Virus record (IMG/VR): IMGVR_UViG_3300045988_105168
Coordinates: 50,766 to 114,765 of that record
DNA from: a virus
Length of the DNA stretch: 64,000 nucleotides
Strand: one strand, 5' to 3'
The position numbers were made by a program, and so were the translations under genes. Shown in pieces: positions 61,326-64,000 of the stretch. Within the stretch, counting starts at the first letter, position 1; each line of letters begins with the position of its first letter. A model generated the notes under the pieces. It made no database searches, was not told the origin of the DNA, and worked only from the letters and a program-made list of their open reading frames with translations.

Positions 61326-62297
61326 ATGGCAGCATTAAATATAATGATTGGGTTCCCTGGTAGTGGAAAATCAAGTTACGCTAAAAAATACTTATTAACA
61401 AATAATTCAGTTTATTTGTCAAGCGACCAAATACGAATAGATATGTATGGTTTTGAAGACCAAACTCATAACGGCGAAGTTTTTGAAAGAATGAAACGAG
61501 AAACTATTTTAGCTTTACAAAATGGTTTTGATGTTATATATGACGCAACAAATCTTGTTAGAAAACGTCGTGAGGCATTAATAAAAGATATTAAAAATAG
61601 AGTACCAAATATTGAAATTAATGCTTATCTATGTTGTACACCAATAAACATTGTTTTAGAAAGAAATATGACACGCACAGAAAGGCATCTTCCTTGGGAT
61701 AAATTAGAACAAATGATAAAAAGTATTGAGGTACCGATGTATTATGAAGGTTATGATAATATTGCACTAATCGACGGTGGAATGTATAATGACGTTTACG
61801 ATTATAACTTTTTAATCAAAGATTGTGAAGGATATTCACAAGACAATCCACATCATAATGAAACATTAGCAGAACATATCAAAGCCGTTACTAAGTATGC
61901 AATAGAATTAGGAGAAGATTTACATCTAAGTATTGATAAAGAGATTTTACGTCAAGCAGCTCGTTATCACGATTTTGGAAAGTTATATACAAGATTATTT
62001 AATGAGAAAAAGGGGCATTATGTATATTATGGACACGAAAGAATTTCGGCATATATGTTTTTATGCCATATTAGAAAACAACGTATGCTTGATGATTTAA
62101 ACCGAGTTAGATTATGTGATAGTGATTACCAAATAGCCGCCCTAATATTAAATCATATGGAGTGGTATCGCAGAGAAGATATGAGTGTAGTTAAAGAATG
62201 GTTTAAGGACGATGATTTATATAAAATGCTAGAATTATTACACGAAGCCGACCTACAAGGTAGAAATGAATACGCAAGGAGCGTGGAATTATGGTAA
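61326..62297 (+). CDS. P-loop polynucleotide-kinase-like domain fused to an HD-domain phosphohydrolase
   Basis: N-terminus IMIGFPGSGKSSYAKKY (Walker A), LSSDQIR, YDATN..RKRR. C-terminus HHNETLAEH...ARYHDFGK (HD). Confidence 0.65.
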   Translation: MAALNIMIGFPGSGKSSYAKKYLLTNNSVYLSSDQIRIDMYGFEDQTHNGEVFERMKRETILALQNGFDVIYDATNLVRKRREALIKDIKNRVPNIEINAYLCCTPINIVLERNMTRTERHLPWDKLEQMIKSIEVPMYYEGYDNIALIDGGMYNDVYDYNFLIKDCEGYSQDNPHHNETLAEHIKAVTKYAIELGEDLHLSIDKEILRQAARYHDFGKLYTRLFNEKKGHYVYYGHERISAYMFLCHIRKQRMLDDLNRVRLCDSDYQIAALILNHMEWYRREDMSVVKEWFKDDDLYKMLELLHEADLQGRNEYARSVELW

Positions 62298-62770
62298 AGA
62301 AAAAAGACAGACAAGTTGAATATATAGATATTGTTTTCGAGAATTGTGATGTGTATAGAGTTACACCTGATATGATTGTAATGTTTAGTGTTGACCATTT
62401 ATATTCTAGTTTAGGTGTTAATTGTTTTCAATACACACAAGGCGAAGTTTATAACTCTTTACATTGCAAACACGCGTTATTAGTATTAAATAAAAAAGCA
62501 TTTAATGTACAAGGTGTGTTTGAAGACAGCGCACTAGAAGAAAGACTAAAATGGAGGGATATTACACATTTTGATGTAATATATACCGATAAAACTAATG
62601 ACTACATCACAGTACCTTGGCAAGATTATAACGGTAACGAATATATTAATGCTTTACAAAACAATTTATATCAAGATTTTTGGTACGAAGACGATGAATG
62701 TTTGATGATTATCATTAAAGAAACACCATTAACTTTTGGTGAAATGGAGGAAGAATATGGAGTCTGTTGA
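62291..62770 (+). CDS. hypothetical protein
   Basis: AAGGAG SD. Confidence 0.7.
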   Translation: MVKKKDRQVEYIDIVFENCDVYRVTPDMIVMFSVDHLYSSLGVNCFQYTQGEVYNSLHCKHALLVLNKKAFNVQGVFEDSALEERLKWRDITHFDVIYTDKTNDYITVPWQDYNGNEYINALQNNLYQDFWYEDDECLMIIIKETPLTFGEMEEEYGVC

Positions 62771-62963
62771 ATTAGAATTAATGAAATTTAATAAAGAAAA
62801 TGTCTATGTTGATTTAAATGACGTATTAGATATTTTTGAGACAGAACAAAAAGGACACTACACAGTTGTATTTGACGCAGGAGAAATTTGGTTTAACGTA
62901 ACAATGCGTAAGACTGTGTTTAATAAATTTGAAAAACTAAAAAAGAAAAGAGGACAAATATAA
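62757..62963 (+). CDS. hypothetical protein
   Basis: Start moved to ATG 62757 (GGAGGAAG SD). Confidence 0.65.
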   Translation: MESVELELMKFNKENVYVDLNDVLDIFETEQKGHYTVVFDAGEIWFNVTMRKTVFNKFEKLKKKRGQI

Positions 62964-63391
62964 TGGAAGTGTTTGAAGGAAAAATACCAAGTAATGTTGA
63001 ATTAGGACAAATGTGTTTCTCACCTAATACTATACATCATTATGATTGTCCTGATTATGTAGTGGCTTTATTAAGAGATATTGCTAGAAAATTAAATATA
63101 GTAATGTGGAATTCTAAACAAAAAGAATATGACAGCCCTTTTGAGAATACTGGAAATGATTTTATGTGTGATACTTTTGAAGTTCACGCATATAATTGGA
63201 ATGAAGATATAAACCAACCCTATAATTTTAAATGTGGTGATATAGAAATAAGTTGGTATAAATATCTTGGTCGTGGATGCACAATGAATAATAGGTGGTC
63301 ACCAAATGTTATAATTGAAATGTATGACGAATGTATGAAAGCGTTAGATAAAATAAATAAGGAGGCGTTAGAGGATGAGGGTTTCTGTTAA
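62963..63391 (+). CDS. hypothetical protein
   Basis: AAGAGGA SD. Confidence 0.7.
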   Translation: MEVFEGKIPSNVELGQMCFSPNTIHHYDCPDYVVALLRDIARKLNIVMWNSKQKEYDSPFENTGNDFMCDTFEVHAYNWNEDINQPYNFKCGDIEISWYKYLGRGCTMNNRWSPNVIIEMYDECMKALDKINKEALEDEGFC

Positions 63392-63734
63392 ACTAGGAGA
63401 ATGTATACAATGTGGCGACGTTACTAATGTTCAATTAGATAACGGCAAATATGCTTGTATGAGTTGTTTGAATATAATAGGAAAACAAACTAAAAATGTT
63501 AGAGAATATGTTGAGAATATGCAATTTGAGTTGCCTTGGTATTCTACACAAGAAAGATGCGACGGTTTAATCAAACTATTAGAGACACTAAAAAACAATG
63601 AAATAACATCTATAGACAACGCAATTAAGACTTTAGAAGCAATAAACATCTATAATGAGTACAAATTAGGGCTTTTAGATGAAGAAAAAGTTGAATTTAT
63701 CGAAAAACAGCTTGACATTTTTGACATTTTATGA
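63375..63734 (+). CDS. hypothetical protein with N-terminal zinc ribbon
   Basis: AAGGAGG SD; CIQCGD...CMSCLN. Confidence 0.7.
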   Translation: MRVSVKLGECIQCGDVTNVQLDNGKYACMSCLNIIGKQTKNVREYVENMQFELPWYSTQERCDGLIKLLETLKNNEITSIDNAIKTLEAINIYNEYKLGLLDEEKVEFIEKQLDIFDIL

Positions 63735-63740
63735 TATAAT
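63712..63740 (+). promoter_or_regulatory. consensus sigmaA-type promoter (TTGACA-17-TGaTATAAT) reading into the tRNA region
   Basis: -35 at 63712-63717; -10 at 63735-63740. Overlaps the last codons of the upstream gene. Confidence 0.7.
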
Positions 63741-63944
63741 GTATTTACGTTAAGATAAAGAAGGCGCTTAGAGAAGTGTGAAAAGCGAAGAACTTGTAAG
63801 TCGCCTATTCTACGCAGTCGCCCATTCTAGTTGGTAGATGCGTGTGTTCAATGAGCATTAAGGCTATACAAATGCGACACAAAGATAGTTTTATATATAT
63901 TTATTAATAACTAGATAATATAGATATGTAGCTCATTGCTTCTT

Positions 63945-64000
63945 AGGGGCGTAGTTCAATGGTAGAATAACGGTCTCCAAAACCGCTGATGTGGGTTCAA
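63945..64000 (+). tRNA. tRNA-Trp (anticodon CCA), 3' part cut by the window end
   Basis: AGGGGCG acceptor, GTTCAATGGTAGAA D-arm, anticodon loop CTCCAAA, and the start of a GTGGGTTCAA T-arm. Closely resembles Bacillus-type tRNA-Trp. Confidence 0.85.

Noticed and set aside
63820-63890. Possible extra tRNA upstream of tRNA-Trp (TCTAGTTGGTAGA D-arm-like, GTCGC/GCGAC ends).
   Set aside because: I could not build a cloverleaf. The anticodon stem and T-arm do not pair, and the only hairpin has a 4-bp stem with a 13-nt loop.
1-64000. Stop-codon reassignment or suppressor-tRNA usage.
   Set aside because: Standard-code ORFs tile the window without fragmentation, and the only tRNA seen is an ordinary Trp-CCA.
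1-64000. Diversity-generating retroelement or retron, considered because of the Ig-domain virion proteins and the structured non-coding DNA.
   Set aside because: No reverse-transcriptase-like ORF (YxDD) is present, and I noticed no template/variable repeat pair near the Big_2 genes.

Overview
This window is a contiguous 64-kb piece of a large, AT-rich tailed-phage or prophage genome. GC is roughly 30% by eye (not computed). Genes carry Firmicute-style GGAGG Shine-Dalgarno sites and are packed very tightly.

Layout:
(1) 1-21.5 kb, minus strand. A metallophosphoesterase; a virion module (Ig-domain tail-tube-like protein, major capsid, scaffold-like protein, portal, large terminase); a second metallophosphoesterase; a 916-aa YonO/RdRP-like single-subunit two-barrel RNA polymerase; a dNMP-kinase-like gene; an NT5C-type nucleotidase. 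All lie downstream of a consensus sigmaA-type promoter at 21.55 kb.
(2) 21.6-23.55 kb, plus strand. A two-gene cassette (Bro-N-like zinc-ribbon protein and an SF2 helicase-like ATPase) with its own promoter. It shares a bidirectional terminator with the next block.
(3) 23.55-30.43 kb, minus strand. A GHKL-type ATPase, a secreted DPBB/3D-like protein and about 18 small proteins.
(4) 30.5-33.0 kb, strand-switch region. It contains an ~0.8-kb GC-richer ORF-free stretch, a ~1-kb extremely AT-rich two-gene island and a repeat-dense leader.
(5) 33.1-54.0 kb, plus strand. About 60 small, mostly acidic or zinc-ribbon ORFs (early-gene style). Eleven copies of a conserved promoter module span 32.6-47.9 kb. 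This block also holds a SprT-like/PcfJ-like pair and an HNH endonuclease.
(6) 53.98-61.29 kb. A promoter-to-terminator unit that opens with a tyrosine recombinase. It contains five tandem paralogues sharing an invariant N-terminal FETNSSSTH motif, followed by a radical-SAM gene. This is the most unusual feature of the window.
(7) 61.3-64.0 kb. A PNK-like kinase/HD fusion, small ORFs, a consensus promoter and the start of a tRNA region (tRNA-Trp, cut by the window end).

I recognised no DNA polymerase, primase, tape measure, holin/endolysin, reverse transcriptase, cas genes or CRISPR array. All family assignments come from motifs read by eye. No database search was run.
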